Shown: positions 1-15,264, numbered from the stretch's first letter. The stretch is DNA of 64,000 nt from Octopus vulgaris (GCA_951406725.2 OX597816.1:115878001-115942000), one strand, 5' to 3'. Translations and numbers: made by a program. The notes: generated from the sequence alone by a model not told the origin.

Positions 1-84
1 TTTCCATTTATCTCCTTCTACTGCATCCTTCGCACTTTAGTTGATAATACTAAATGACACAGCTTCAACAAAATCCGCCATCAA

Positions 85-144
<60 letters not shown>

Positions 145-2198
145 CTAGACCAACACTAGTGAGTTCTCATTGTTTTCGCAGATAATACCTGAAAAGCTTC
201 CACTCTTGTACATGACATCCAAAAAGCAGCATAACATAAAAAAATTGATGTCAACGATTTGAAGAGTGAATACACATGCTGCGATTAAGAGGGTTCAATA
301 AACACAATGAGACATAATTCTCTAATTCCGGTAGACTACATCTAACACTCAGGATATAACACTGCATTCACGGAAAAAAAATGTAAAAATTCGTATTGCG
401 AAATCATAAGCTTTTCATTTGAGTGTTTCACTGTGATGTGGAAATCATTGCTACGAGATGATCTTAAGAGCTGTTTCCACCTCAAATCTATTCCACTACA
501 GAAATTGTATTATTGAACGGTTGCACTACTTTGAGCCTCAACAGAACTGAAACGGAAGGCTTGAGAGCACAAACAATGCGCTGGCCGAACAAAGCTGTAG
601 TGTGATCGTCTTGAAAGGACTGAAATCATTACAGGAAGGTACAAACGTTTTGAAATAAACGGAGTGTATTTCAACAGAAACACGGTAAGAAAAGTATTAA
701 GTAGACAGCCTAGAGAAGCATATTCTGAAATATTGATATGCTACACAAGGTGAGGTTTTGATAATACTTTTGTCACAGTTGACATGTCTGCTGGAAATGA
801 TGTGGGACTAAGTGTTAATAATATACTATCTCACATCACACATGATGCATTTTGTTAACTCATAGCGATTTATAACCACAAATAACTCCACATGACCTCC
901 TGTCTCTGCGGTGTAAAATTGGATGGTGTAATCAAGTTGGATGGTAATGATGATTTATGGTAATTAAGGTTTATTCACATACACAGATTGTTTTTATTAT
1001 CTCAGTGTAAAAGTTAAATTCACTGACTTAACTACACGGCATGGTTTCCTACGTGTTCAATCTTTACTATGGCGCCATTCTCTATCATGATAATGATCAT
1101 CATCGTCGTCGTCGCGTTGTCAAGATCGTTGTGACGATCACCTTCACTACCCAATTATTTTGAAAGATTGAAGTGTATATATCTACTAATGTATCTTATA
1201 TATGGAACACCTAACAGAACGTTAGTGTGATCATTGTTACCGCATCAGCAGTTAGAACTGACTTTGTAATAAACAGCAGCAGAGAACGTGTACGCCTTCT
1301 CTTGACTTGCTACAAGCCATGACCAAGCCCCAGAAACACATTTTACAAACATTATTTATAAGGTAAAGGGATAAGGGTAAACTAGTCCTGGTTTATAAGG
1401 CGGACCTGGAGCTAAACTACACTTAGCAGACTATTTAGCAGAATCATGAAAGCGTGGAACAAAATGCCTTGTGGTATTTCTTCTATATTTTGTATCTTGA
1501 ATTTAGATCACTTTATGCTTTTACGATGAAGGAAAAAATAACAGTTAAGGATATTGGATTAACAGAACTTCTAGACCAACGAACAAGATATATTGCAGTA
1601 TTTCCATTCTGTTCTTAAGTAGCTGATATAATGCAGCACCCTCTTCAGCACCAATATATCGTCCTTGACTCACTTTAGTGCAGTTCGCTGAGTTAGAGTT
1701 AGGGTTGGGCTTATTGTTTGGTAATTGTTTGAACTTCCAAAAACTGTGTATTGCTTCCACTTTTCTTTCAAACAATATAAGAAGCTCCAAAAATACTATT
1801 CATTGGCGCTATCCTTTTCTCTCTGTTTAAATAGTAAAAAAAAAATATTAAGGCACATGGGCTTAAATAGATTGATTCGTATTATATATAAATTTAGATA
1901 AGCCCAATTCTCTTATACGTACTCAAGCAGACACACACAAACATTCATACGACACACAAAATCAATGAAACTCTCTGATGATTACTGAATAACTGGTTTA
2001 AACTCAGTCGTTAACTAATTAAAGTTACTCATGCTCATGCTTACAAAAACATGTGATTCAGCATAAAAAATAAATCTTGTTAATTATATTAACTGTAACA
2101 TTTTTAAAAGTCTTAAACATATGTTTTAGAGTTTGATCACATCTTTTGTTAGCGTGTTTATAATTATACGCGTGTGAAAGTGTATATATGTTTGTGTG

Positions 2199-2238
<40 letters not shown>

Positions 2239-2566
2239 TGTGTGTGTGTGTGTCTGTGCATGCGTGTGTGTGAGTATATCTGCGCTTTGATTTTGTACAT
2301 GTATTTACAATGTATACACAAACATATACTAGAGATGAGATGTTGTCAGAGACATAGTTTGACTGAAACCACTATGTGTGTATTTGTGTGTTTTTAAATT
2401 TGCATACTCATGATTCTCTATCTCTGTAACTGAGGTGCGATAAATTACAGAAATTTATTTCATTAACAGTTTCTAGGTGAGTACATTTTACAAACAAATT
2501 TCACAATTTTTTTGTAAACACTCCACTTCACGTTTACATCACTAGTTTTCCTCCCAGTCACACATT

Positions 2567-2600
<34 letters not shown>

Positions 2601-2684
2601 CTCCTTCTTTCCTGAGCGTCCAATAATACTATATTTGTTCTACGTCCTCGCGTTGTTGTGTTTTTTGTGCTTTCATGTTTGGAT

Positions 2685-2808
<124 letters not shown>

Positions 2809-3054
2809 TTGAAACTCATTTACTTAATTGAAAGCAGTATAATAAACATTGTAGAGTCTATCCCATCAATAATTACTATTTGATGTGTCGCACTTTTGAT
2901 TTTATAACCGCTTTTATGCACTCTTGCATACTTGAGACTAAGTTTTCTGGGTCAATGTTTTGCCAATCATTGCATGACATTAATGTTTCTTTTATCCTAT
3001 TTTTTTCAGTGAATATCTTATTGATAACTTATCAATGGTTAATATTTATTTAAA

Positions 3055-3720
3055 GTGACTCCGTAAAAACAGATTGCTGAAGTTTAAAGGGCTCAGATCA
3101 CTGCATTACCTAGTGAAGCATTCTCCCAATTTGAAATTGCAAGAAAATTTAAATGCTCGAGAAAAGGTGTCCAAACAACCGTCAAAGGCTACAATGAGAC
3201 CAACTCTTTCGGAAACCGTAAAGGACGAGGTCGCAAAAAGCGTACAATCACGCGGGAATACAGGACACCTTCTGACGTAGCTGCTGATTTTCGGATGACA
3301 ACAAATGAGGAGATATCAACTCGCACAGTTAGAAGACCTTATTAGAACCTGGGCTCAAAGGATGTGAGGCCAGAATGAATCCGTTTCTTTCTGAGGTGAA
3401 CATGAAGAAGCGATTGTCTTGGTGAAAAGAGTATGAAGATTGGACTGATGATGATTAGGCTAAAGTTGGTTGATCAGATAAAAGTAACTTTCACGTAGGT
3501 TCTCCACATTCATTTTCACCACTTTACAAATTCTTACATTTGTACAAATTTTTTATTGGGTACCAAAAATGAAAAGTGTATGTTTTTTCTCGTCAGGTTT
3601 TGGGAACTCCTGGAACTGTTTATCTTCGCTGTAGAGTTGAGGAGGCTTATCATCTTGGATGTTTGGTCCCAAAAATCAAATCTGGAGGCGGAAGTGTAAT
3701 GGCTTGGGGTTGCATGTCGA
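3055..3720 (+). pseudogene. Tc1-family transposase relic (3'-truncated, with stops and frameshifts) with a putative GT-AG intron at 3495-3596
   Basis: Pieced translation gives RKGVQTTV..GRGRKKRT, EISTRTVRR, MNPFLSEVNMKKRLSW.KEYEDWT, SDKSNFH | VLGTPG..YHLGCLVPKIKSGGGSVMAWGCMS. These match the Tc1 HTH linker, first catalytic Asp region and GGGSVMVWG motif. Confidence 0.85.
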
Positions 3721-4160
3721 CTTCAAAATACTTGTCGATATTTATTCCGTGCCCATATATTTTGACTTCACATCCCACCAATGCCATGCTACTTTTCCTG
3801 TGAGCTGAATGAACAGTAAATATAAGTCAAGTTCCCGAGCCGATGGCATCGAGACCATTGCATCTGTCAGCAAGCACACGCCTAGCATGTTACATTACTA
3901 CTCAGATATTCGCCCAACAGTTGCGCTCCAGCAGCGAGTGATTGGCGCAGAACATTAGTGCTAACAGTAAGCACATATTTACACACAGATGCACACAAAG
4001 TTAAACAAGCTATAATTGTTGTTTTTTTATGTTAACCTCGCTAAAAGTTGTCACACAAAAGAATGGGTAAAGTCCTTTATGAGATTTAGCAAAAACAATG
4101 TTAAAAAAAAATTAGTATCATTCTGTTTATCAAAATCTTTTTCTTCACTATTTATTTTTC

Positions 4161-4258
4161 ATGAAGTTAACAGACTTTGTGTGTCTTTGAAGGGCTAATA
4201 TGTCTTCCAGGCTGCAATCCTTTCTGTTTCAACACGGGCTCAGATCAAATCATATGCC
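4161..4258 (+). repeat. Diverged partial copy of the (TA)n-embedded element at 60013-60222, in the opposite orientation and without the hammerhead segment
   Basis: cttccaggctgcaatcctttctgtttcaacacgggctcagatcaaat aligns with the reverse complement of 60039-60090 (cttccacgctgcaattgttttcgtttcagcacacgatctcagatcaaat). Confidence 0.7.
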
Positions 4259-4388
4259 TCACAACTATATATAAATATTTATATGTATAGTTAGCTACCT
4301 AGCAGCTAGATAGATAGATGGATAGATGAATAGATAGATAGATACATACATACATACACACATACATACTTACATACATATGTATATA

Positions 4389-4436
<48 letters not shown>

Positions 4437-4516
4437 GCATACACACCCATTTATATATATAAATACACACACATATACAAACACTCACACAAACAGACAC
4501 ACAAACACAAATACAA

Positions 4517-4611
<95 letters not shown>

Positions 4612-6072
4612 GACAGAGAGAGGTCTTTCTGTCTTTTTCACTACTATACAACACATACACTTACACATAGACGCGCTGTTTTTAATTAGTTTTCTTCGAT
4701 TTTAATTTTTGCTTAATATTACTTTTTCATAGCTTTATTTTTTAAATTCAATTTAGTATCATATAAAAAAAAAGAGCGTTCATCTTATTTATTTGATTAT
4801 TCCTTCTTTTGTTTTCGTCAAATCGGGAATATTTTGTAGGATCTTCTAGTCTGACGTCTCTGCCTGCGTTACCTTCGTGCATAATCTGTTTTCATGCACA
4901 CTCCAATGAAATGCAAAATTAGACAACGTTGACAAGACGTTGGAAATTATTGTGATTTTAAGGGCCTCGTTCCGACACGGTCCTTAATGAAGTAATGAGA
5001 TCACTATAATCAAGCTGCGCCAAATTTATTCACAGCATTTTTTGAAGGACAACAGGGAGAGGGTTTTTAAAAAGAACTTATCAAAAACAATCCAAAAACA
5101 GCAAAGAAAAAGTGTACATCTTGTTCTATTTTGTTTTTGTATTTGTTGGAAGTTTTCTTTTTATGGAGATGAGGTGTGGAAGAAATGAGAGTAACACAGG
5201 AAGAGAAAAGAGAGTCAGATGCAGTGTGGTTGGGAAGGAAGAAAAAAGGGGACAGAGAGGGAATAGAAGTTGACGTAGGTATAAGAGTGTTGTGCGGCGG
5301 TGGGGGTGGAAGGATACTTCAATGAAAATAAATACATAAATAAAATCATAAAATTATATAAAAACTTTATAAAAACTGCACAAAAACATTTTAAATTTGA
5401 AATAAAAAGAATTCCAGAGTAAATAAAAATAAATACTTACGCACACTCAACTACACATGGGTATGTGTGTGTGTGCTTGTGTATGTGTGCTTGTGTATGT
5501 GTGCTTCTGTGTGTGTATGTATGTGTCCTATGTTATACACACACGTGCCCATACTGACACACACAGACGATTCCCCACACATATACAAGGTGTTCAGAAA
5601 ATGTATGAATGAGATAGAATAAAAATTGAAAAAGCAATAAACACCGATAAAAATACAATATATCAAAATAAAATAAAGAATTATATAAATAACAACCAGA
5701 TAATAGAAGAAAATCCAAAAACGACATAAATATAAAATTACGAAGTTTTTGCTAAAACAATTTTTTTCTTTTTAAGTTTTTTTGATATTTTTTTTTTGCA
5801 AGAAAAGAGAGTGGGGCGGAGAAGAGGGATGAAAAATAGAAATTGAAAATAAATTAAAATTAAAAGATCTGAACAAGAAAAATCTACAACAATAGTAACA
5901 TCAACCACATGAAGAGGAAGAAAAATGAATTTAAGAGAATAAATAAATAAATAAGAAATATTAACGCTGCGATATAAATGAGAAGGATAACAAAAAACAT
6001 TTTCTAAGAAAAAACAAAAATCAAATCATCTCACCATAAACTAATAAAATAAGTGATTATGTGAGAGAGCAG

Positions 6073-6456
<384 letters not shown>

Positions 6457-7039
6457 GCCTTGTAAATTTTTTCATTTGTTTGTTGAAGTTAGTCATGGTA
6501 TTGGCTGTTGCTGTTGTTGATTCGAATTATTTTTGTTGTTCTATCTTTATTTTTGTTTTTGTTGATGTTATCGTTGCGTTATATATTTAATTTGTTTTTG
6601 ATAATTTAAATTGTGGCCTAGTTTTCAGTCATTTTGTTTTCACATTTCTCTAAGTTTGAAGGTGTTCTGATGAATTTTATTACACACTCAGATACATACG
6701 ATGCACACACACACACACAAACGCACACACACACAAATGCACACACACACACACACACACATACACACATGCACACACACTAAACAACAGTTCCACTTAT
6801 ATAAAAGCGGGCATGTAAATGAACACTCGTGCTTATGCAAACATAAAAGAATTTATACAGTTCAACATGCACACATTAGCTTCGACATATGCAGTGGGAT
6901 ACCATGTACGAGAAAACATTAATCATACATAAACGATCACATGTATATCAAATATGCAAATATAAACATGTATATATGTATAAATAAAACACATGTATAC
7001 ACACATTCGTGTATGTTTAGATGCATCGATGTGTACATA

Positions 7040-7579
7040 CGAGGTCTCATAAAAAATAAAAAGCATGGGGACTCTTGCTATGATAACGAAGCTAAATAAT
7101 GCAGTGTGACCTTGAACGTTGTTACACGTGTACTCTAAGTTATAACGTACTCGTTCACTTCCGTAGTTTATAGCAGTGCTTGGAAGGAAAGTGTGTAAAG
7201 CGTGATCGTCTCAAAGAGAATATCGGATTTCAACTCCAAAGAATTTCCTTGATTGTGTCGAGAAAGACAAAAACATTTTGAAAACGGGTCATAACAAGTG
7301 ATGAATCGTGAACCTATGCATATGACCCGAAACCAAAACTTTGAAGGATCCCCACTTGAAATGAACATGATTTCAGGACGCCAAGGAAATTCAAGATAAT
7401 GAGATAAGGCAGCTGCTCACTATCCTATAAAAGGAGTTCCATGAATGCTTCCATCCATAAAAGCAGCACTGTGTGTGGCTTCAGAAGGGAACTACTTCGA
7501 AAGCAGATTCAGTGCCGATTTGCTAAGTGTCGTAGTTTTTTTTATAGTACCAGACTCGATAGTTTTTGGTCAGAACTCG
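7040..7579 (+). mobile_element. Internally deleted, degenerate mariner element
   Basis: TA-flanked imperfect TIRs (cgaggtctcataaaaaat / agtttttggtcagaactcg). Internal ITSDES*TYAYDP resembles the mariner TGDETW..YDP motif. Confidence 0.65.
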
Positions 7580-7677
7580 TATACAAATACATATACATAC
7601 AGACCTTCATCTATATGTATACACACACACGTACACACACGCACACACACTCAAAGAAACAAACGCACATACATACA

Positions 7678-7990
7678 TCGTGGACATCGTTCATGATGTG
7701 AAAGTGACGCCGATATTAGTTTCGGATCACAACATAATAGAGCTGTCTATGTAAGGACCAAAAGTAACCAGAGACATACAGCCTAAAGGAAGCACCCAAA
7801 ATCTCTCCAATCTGAGCTTCCGCAAAGCATATTGGAAATTGATCCAAAAAGAGATCGTCAGAGACGACTGGCCGAAATGTCTCTCTACACTAGACATTGG
7901 CATGAAACTAGGCTATTTCACCTATGTTATGCAAACTATATGCCAGAAATATGTCCCAGACCACAAGATTCTAAGGGAGCGGAAGATCCG
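7678..7990 (+). mobile_element. LINE ORF2 fragment (end of AP-endonuclease plus linker; CR1-group-like)
   Basis: VHDVKVTPILVSDHNIIELSM carries the APE SDH motif, followed by NLSFRKAYWKLIQKEIVRDDWPKCLS, typical of the post-APE linker. Confidence 0.7.
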
Positions 7991-9324
7991 CTTGAGACGA
8001 TGGACGAATATTGCAAACCGCTTCCAAGTGATTAGAGAAAGAGTGATTAGAAAAAAAGAGGGAAATCTAAAAGAGGGAGAGAGAAAAAGTCAGGGAAAGA
8101 AAGAGGGAAAGAGAAACATCCATGACGTAAGGTAGAGGGAATGTAATTGTACCACTTTCACGTGATTAGTTGAAGGAAAAGTGAGGAGAAAGATAAAGAG
8201 AGAAAAAGAGGATAAGGTGAAGAGTGAGACTGAAAGAGGCAGAAAAAAGAGAGCGGAGAGAGAGAGGGGAGAGAGGGAGGGAGAGAGATGATGATGGTGG
8301 TGGTGGAGATTGAGATGGTGCTGATGTAGGTGGTAGCGGTGGTTATTTGAATAGTGAAAAATATATTGTGCAAGCGCGTAAGTGCAATTCCGTGAAATAT
8401 TCACGCTTATTTAAGTGGCAGATATATGCATTGTAACTAAAGAGGGTATCATATACACGGGACATTTTTGTTTTGTTTATGGGGAGAATGGAAAAATAAG
8501 AGTGACTATTTTATGAGTGCTGTGTTATAAAACTGCGCATAAAGTATATAAAGTGTACATATATAAAGTGCATTAAGTAATCATCCTATTCCAATTTCCT
8601 TCACTTTTCAATGAGTAGCAGATGAGCGACTAGCTTTTGATACGGGCACAACACAGGTTTATGCTTTCATGGTTTTGGGATAAAGTTTTCAGAAATAATC
8701 TAGTAAGTTAACCATTAATTCTGTGAAATATTCACGTGTCCTGCTACGTTCAATGTTTTCAAGCTTTCAAATTTAAAGGGAACTAGAATGATAGTTGCGT
8801 CATAGTTATATTCCTTCTTTTTTTTTTGTCATGAATCTAAAAGTAAAGTAAAGTAAGTCTCTAAACTATTACGTCTACTACACAGCATTTGAATAGTCAA
8901 CTGAACGCATTATAAACAAATAAGAAAGGTTCTAGAAGTGTCAAAAAGTTTATGGCTAAACTCCAACCGAATTTGATATTTTTTCTTGCGTATTTGAGTT
9001 AAAATTTCATTGGGGTTTATAAAACAAAATACAGTAATATAATAGGTTTAAATGAAGGCACTATTTCTGCCCTACTATCTGGGGAAAAAAGAAAAGAAAA
9101 TGGTTATATCTTATATTGTCTGACTAAGAAGAATGTCATCAATTAGCAAAAAGAAAATGAGGGGAAAAAATGTCACCATAGTTGAACTGTCAAAGAATAT
9201 AATAGCTCAGTGGTTTACTAAGGCATGTAATGCTCTTTTCATTTTTTTATCAAAATGCATTACTGGCATCCTGCAACGTCAACTTCAAGTAAAAAAAGAG
9301 GCATAGATAAATATCGCATTATTG

Positions 9325-9356
<32 letters not shown>

Positions 9357-9740
9357 TTATCTATCCATCTATCTATCTATCTATCTCTCTGTCTCTCTCC
9401 TCTCTCCCCTCTCTCTCTTGTTTCTCTCCCTCCAATACATTGAGTAATTAGTTCATGTATCGTCATAACTCAATAAACATCATATTGCTTTCCTAAAATC
9501 ACTTACCTAGATGTTCATTTTTTACCCTCTTACTCGTTGCTGATGTTAACTACAGATTTGGAAATACATGCTTTCCAGAAATTTTTGCCATCAAATACAC
9601 GTCGTGAAACATATATTTCTGACCTAATATTGATACATTCTCAAAACTCTAGGAACTTCAGGGCATTCTAAAATGCTAAAAAAGTATGTTGCTAAAAATA
9701 ATAACAATAAGAATAACAACAATGACAATCCTTTCAAGTA

Positions 9741-9950
9741 TAGGGGCAAGGCCTCAGATTTTGAGGGAGGAGGCTAGTCGAATTCATTGACCCCAATGCT
9801 CAACTGGTTTTCTCGAACCCGAAAGGATGAAAGATAAAGTCGACCTCAGCGGAATTTAAAACTCAGAATACCCGTCGTTGGACATAAGGTCAGACGAAAT
9901 GTCGCTAAGCATTTTGCCTGACGTAAAAACGGTTTTTCCAGCTCGCTGCC
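9741..9950 (-). mobile_element. tRNA-derived SINE (family A; Nin/Deu-like core)
   Basis: Reverse complement shows a tRNA-like head and the core ctttcatcctttcgggttcga shared with about 20 other copies in this window. Confidence 0.85.
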
Positions 9951-10029
9951 AAAATAAATAAAAAATGAAAATGCAAAGTGACGACATGAAATCCAGATAG
10001 GTTAAGAAATACAAAAGGCCAAGCCAGGG

Positions 10030-11110
10030 AATTGAAATGTCAAATGAACAAACAATTGCAAAATTTTTGCCCTAGACTTACCCAAAACCACTGTAAGTTG
10101 TAGCGACACGGCGTGGTAGTGAAAGTGCTGCATGGGAAACTGTGAAAAGTGGGGGTTAGAGAGAGGCAAGATGTGGAAAGAGCACAACCCACAGAGAATG
10201 GCGGAAACCTGCAAAATCTTGTAGGATTTCCCAGTCCAAACAGACCAGGTAGTTGAGAACAACGTACTAGACTTGTAATGGTGGACAAGGTGGACCACAG
10301 GTGCTCTACAATTAATGTTGCGTTCCCTTTGACCCACGAATAGTTAAGAAAGAAGACGAGAAAATAGACATATGTAATCCTCTGAAATACGAGATAACTC
10401 TAGTGTGGAAATAAAGAAAGAGAAGATAATGTCAATTATTGTTGGATCCTTGGGGTCAGTATCAGAAGGTATCAAGAGGAATATAATGGAAATCGGAATA
10501 GAGGGCCCAGTTGAGCTCTTACAAAAGGTTTGCCTCTATGGTACGATCAGTGCGCTATTTTGATTATGAAACGAGCAAGATTTGTAGGAAGCAGGGAATT
10601 GAAATGCCAAATAAGGAAACAATAAGAAATAGAGACAAGACCAATTTGTGAAAGTTTTGCACGGGACGTTTTGTCAGAAATGGGGGTTTGAAGCTGGCTG
10701 TACTTGGTATAATCATCTGTTAGGATGAGTTCTTGAGTTGAAGAAATGCAAGAATTTATGGGGTTTTCAAACTCAAACGGATAAGAGGATAGGAAATGAT
10801 AAACCAGATATAACAATAATAGAAAAGAAAAGTTGCCTACCAATTGATCCATTATGTCCTTTTGATTCCTGGATTGTAAAGAAAAAAGCTGAAAAATTAA
10901 AAAATGCGATCCATTAAAATTCGAAATTGCGAAAATTTGGAATATAGAAACTGTTTAGGTTGTGTTTTTAATAATAGGTGCATTAGGGACAAATGGTTGA
11001 AGTTTATTGGAATGGAATGTCCTGTCGAGTTTCTATCGAAAGTTTGCCTGTTAGGAACAGGAGAGATAACCAGAAAAGTTTTGAGCACTTGAAAGATTAT
11101 TGAAAGTTTG
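10030..11110 (+). mobile_element. Two tandem, decayed 3' fragments of R4/Dong-like LINEs (REL endonuclease region)
   Basis: RHGVVVKVLH, DFPVQTDQ, IIVGSLGSV and VELLQKVCLYGT in the first copy; VEFLSKVCLLGTGEITRKVL in the second. Both resemble the C-terminus of the element at 24724-26872. Confidence 0.7.
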
Positions 11111-11211
11111 TGGATATCTACTGTTACAGTTAGTAACGCGTTACTTACATAAATTCTACCGGGAATAAGACGAAACTTAGTCAATAATAACAATAATGAT
11201 GATTTCAAATT

Positions 11212-11504
11212 TTCTTAACTGGTATGTCACACGTATTGAGAAGACCATTGTTGCTATGAATTTTCTTACCCTTTTCCCTTTTCTTTTCTTTTTTTTCTTT
11301 TTGTAGCTTTATGTTTTCTCTCTGTCTTTCTTCCCCTTTTTTCTCTATCACATGACTTTCTAAATGGACAATTTGGTGTATTTATTTTAATGGCCTGCCA
11401 ATGTATACAGTGCGTTCCTCTGCCCTAGGTATCAGGAAAACACTGGGCAATAAATAGAAGCAGAATTGAAAGAAGATGATAATAATAATGATAATATTGA
11501 TGAC

Positions 11505-11535
<31 letters not shown>
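11212..11535 (+). mobile_element. 5'-truncated R4/Dong-like 3' end with (TAA)n tail
   Basis: cttaactggtatgtcacacgtattgagaa matches 26671-26699, and tgccctaggtatcaggaaaacactgggcaa matches the 3' UTR near 26808-26837. It is followed by (AAT)n. Confidence 0.85.
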
Positions 11536-11537
<2 letters not shown>

Positions 11538-11547
11538 TTAAATTTTT

Positions 11548-11737
11548 TGCACAAGGCGAGTAATTTCGGGAGATAAATCGATTGCACCCCGTCCCAGTGT
11601 TCAACTGGTTCTTATAATAACGACCCCGGAAAATGAAAGTCAAAGTCGGCCTTGGCGGCATTTGAACTGAGAGAATAAAGTCGAAAGAAATGACTAAGCA
11701 TTTTCCCGGCACGGTAACGATTCTGCTAGCTCGCCGT
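11548..11737 (-). mobile_element. tRNA-derived SINE (family A)
   Basis: Same head and core as the other copies. Confidence 0.8.
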
Positions 11738-12149
11738 TGTGTTGGCATCGAAATAACAGGAAAGCTGTGTGAACACGAACCAGACGTTGTGACAGAAAAT
11801 AAGAGTTACAGGGTCTTGAGGGTCTCCTTCAGTAAAGACTGACCATGCTATGGAAGTAAGAAGATCAGATATGAATATAGAAGAAAAAAGATAAAAACGA
11901 TCAGCGTGAGAAAATATACTTCATATGCCAAATAAATGAAAATATTGAAAAATATCACAATCTAGTCAGAAAGCTGAAGAGACTCTGGACGACTAAGGCA
12001 AAAATATTTCTGTATTAATTGGTGCCCTTGGCACAACACAAAAACCATAAATTGAACTCGCATTGTCATTCTGCAAGACAGATACTTGAGATTTGAGGAG
12101 ACCCTCCCACAATCAGCACAGTATTCGATCGATTCTACTTTAAGGTCAT

Positions 12150-13450
12150 CAGTAATTTCAGTATACTAGTATTCTCCTTTCGGAATACTACAAAGTTCAG
12201 TTAATTTGACATAATGAAAGTCCTTTTGTGAAGGGCATCCTGTTTCTTAATTGAATTTTCCTTTGGTTCTATATTTGTTACCCTTTCACTCTTCCCTTTT
12301 TTACTAGTTTCCTGTACTTTTGCAGTCTCCATTTTCTCCCATCAACGAAGTCCCATTGCTGATCGTAGCCTCTGGCTAGATTTCTTTTGGAGGATATAGA
12401 TCTTAGGAGTTTTCTTCATTGTCAACTCCCCATGCTGGTAGCAATAAGAACGATACATCTTCATTTGCCTCCATTCTGGTTATTTCCAGAGCTTCCGTAA
12501 GAGTATCCGTGACAATAGGTGAATACCTATTGTTGCTACTGCCCAATTTTTTAGGCTTTTCCTTTTTTGCACATAAGGCCCTCAAGTAACTTTCGCTAAG
12601 ACAAACGTAGTAATTTAGCCTTTTGTACGGCAACACTTTGATTGATATTCATGTATATACAGAACTGATTACTGAGTAAAGCACCGGTTCATTGTAGCTT
12701 TTGAGAGTATTAGAATTTGGATGCCCATGCAGACTCTGAATTTCACGCTGTTGCGAATCTCCTCTTTGTTATCAGATGTCTGTATTACTGTAAAAAGTTA
12801 AGTCGACGTCCTTGCTAATACCTGTATTCGGCAACTTAGTATTTTTGAAACTCTGCTTTCGCTGCTTTCACAGATTCCCATGACTCTTTATCGCCATCTA
12901 CTTTCATTATTATGAATTTGAATTCGGAACTTAAGTCATAGTGAATTAGCTGATTACACAACCATGGATGCCACAGCAATGGATGCGTTGCACTATCTCT
13001 CTTCATTAGAGCTTGGAGACTCTAAAAGCAGGAAGATGCTTCCAGGCGTCCTATTCCTATCAAGGATGTTGTACTACGCATCAACCAGGCACCTCCCCTA
13101 CAAATTCACCCTCGAAAGTATGTACAAGCTGTTAGCATTTTTCGGAAATCTCCTTTCCTGGTTAAATTCATCAAGCAAGAAGCCATTGGTTTCTGTAACA
13201 TACCTTGCCCAATATCGCCTTTCCTCGAAGTGACTCAATTCTAGTCGATGTATTTGTACCTCACGATGAGCAAATGAAGGGATGTTACTTTCAGCTGTCT
13301 GTGGTAATCCTGCTGTCATTGCTATTCGAACTATTTCTCTTTCCTAAAATGAATGTTTCCAACAACTATCATTGTGCATTTCTATTTTACAGCTTCTGTC
13401 AGTGTTTCATCATTTCTCTTCAAAATATTTCTAGTGTATGTTTAGTAAAG
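12150..13450 (-). mobile_element. Possible very decayed LINE reverse-transcriptase relic
   Basis: Non-microsatellite, coding-like sequence with only weak motifs (e.g. QRIHCCGIHG, resembling L..YGI.G of CR1-type RT). Confidence 0.3.
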
Positions 13451-14075
13451 TTACCACTACAAGCGTCTTCTCATTTGCGAGGCGGCAATTTTGTAATGGG
13501 TACAAGTATTGTAAAATAGGAATTTGTCGAAAATTATCAGAACATATTAAAAAATCTAAAGCCCATCTTTTACTCTATCCCTGGTAATAGGGTAGACATT
13601 CAAGTGTGTTTTGAAGACCTGTGATTCTAAAAAGAATCAAAATAACCACTTTTTTTTTTTAAATAAAGATACTTTTCTAAAGTTATCATAGATGAAAATG
13701 TAGTCTACACCGACTCTAAGAAACTTAACCTTTCACTTCGAACAACAGCAGAAGCAACAACGATGATGATGACAACAACACCACCAACAAAGACAGCACC
13801 ACCACCACCAACAACAACAACAACAGCAATAATAACATCCCCGACGTCTGCAACAAAAACACCACCAGCAGCAACAACATTAAACTGCAGAAGACCTCTC
13901 CACCATCTGCAACACAACATCACTGAAGACAACAACGACAACAACGGCAACAACAAGAACAAATCTGAAATTACACGCAATTTCTTTCCATTTTCAGAAA
14001 ATTAAACCATTTTCTGGCTCAGTGTGAAAGAGGAAACCACGAAATGTCTCCTGACAGTCAGTGTGCTTTCATTTA

Positions 14076-14076
<1 letters not shown>

Positions 14077-14152
<76 letters not shown>

Positions 14153-14163
14153 TGATAATAATG

Positions 14164-14220
<57 letters not shown>
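14077..14220. repeat. (AAT)n microsatellite
   Basis: Directly visible. Confidence 0.98.
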
Positions 14221-14221
<1 letters not shown>

Positions 14222-14406
14222 CGACAAACAGGATGGTTATGATGATGATGATGATATATAAGAAAACATTTTTTTTAAATGCTCTCTATCGCTGACTTTC
14301 AATTAATTCTTGCTACAAAGCTGCAACACACACATACACACACGCATGTATGTATATACACACATACATATATATACACACATATATATATACACGTATA
14401 TAAGTG

Positions 14407-14438
<32 letters not shown>

Positions 14439-15222
14439 GACACACACACACATTCATATGTACATACTTAGGTGCGTACGAGCGTATGTACATACGTACG
14501 TACATACGTACATGAACAGGAATCATGCTTATATGTTCATAAATTCGTGATCAAACGAATTCCTTCACCCTTCTCACGACTAAATTCATTGTACATCTTG
14601 GTATGTTTCCTCATAAGTCCTTTCAATCTGAGTGCCCTAATTCTTCTGATGAAATATTATTTTAGTGACACTATTTATAATTCTACATATTACCCAAAGC
14701 GTTAAAGATTTGTCTTTTATTTTTTGTAATCTGGTCTTCTTTTCACAAGTTAGTATGTATGTTGGCTTCTTCTGTAAAATTAGATATTTACATTCATAGG
14801 TAGACTATAATAGTTTTAGAAGAAGAAATAAAAGGAAAGACGTGGGGAGTAAATACAAACAGTGCGTGTTAGACAGATGGAGGAAATAAACTTATGAAGT
14901 GACATAGAGCAGATTTGCATAAAATCAGAATTTTAGAAAGAGACAGTAAGAGAAGAAAATCACCAACACCTGAACACAGTATCGAGAGCGGATGAGATGG
15001 GGAAGAGCAAATACTTAAAAAGAGAGAGAGGGAGGGGGAGGAAGGTGGAGAGGGAGGGGAGGGAGGTGGAGAGGGAGGGGAGGGAGGTGGAGAGGGGCTG
15101 AGAGACAGAGATAAAAAGTCAGACAGACAAAGAGAAGGTAGAAATAGAAATACAAAGATACGAGTAGAGATATATAGTTATGTGTAAATCTATGTATCGA
15201 TGCATGAGTGCATATATGTATG

Positions 15223-15264
<42 letters not shown>

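Noticed and set aside
330-690. Possible very old mariner C-terminal remnant
   Set aside because: Only faint motif resemblance and no TIRs; too weak to call.
15029-15097. Three 21-bp G-rich tandem units with G-quadruplex potential
   Set aside because: Ordinary purine-rich low-complexity repeat with no functional context.
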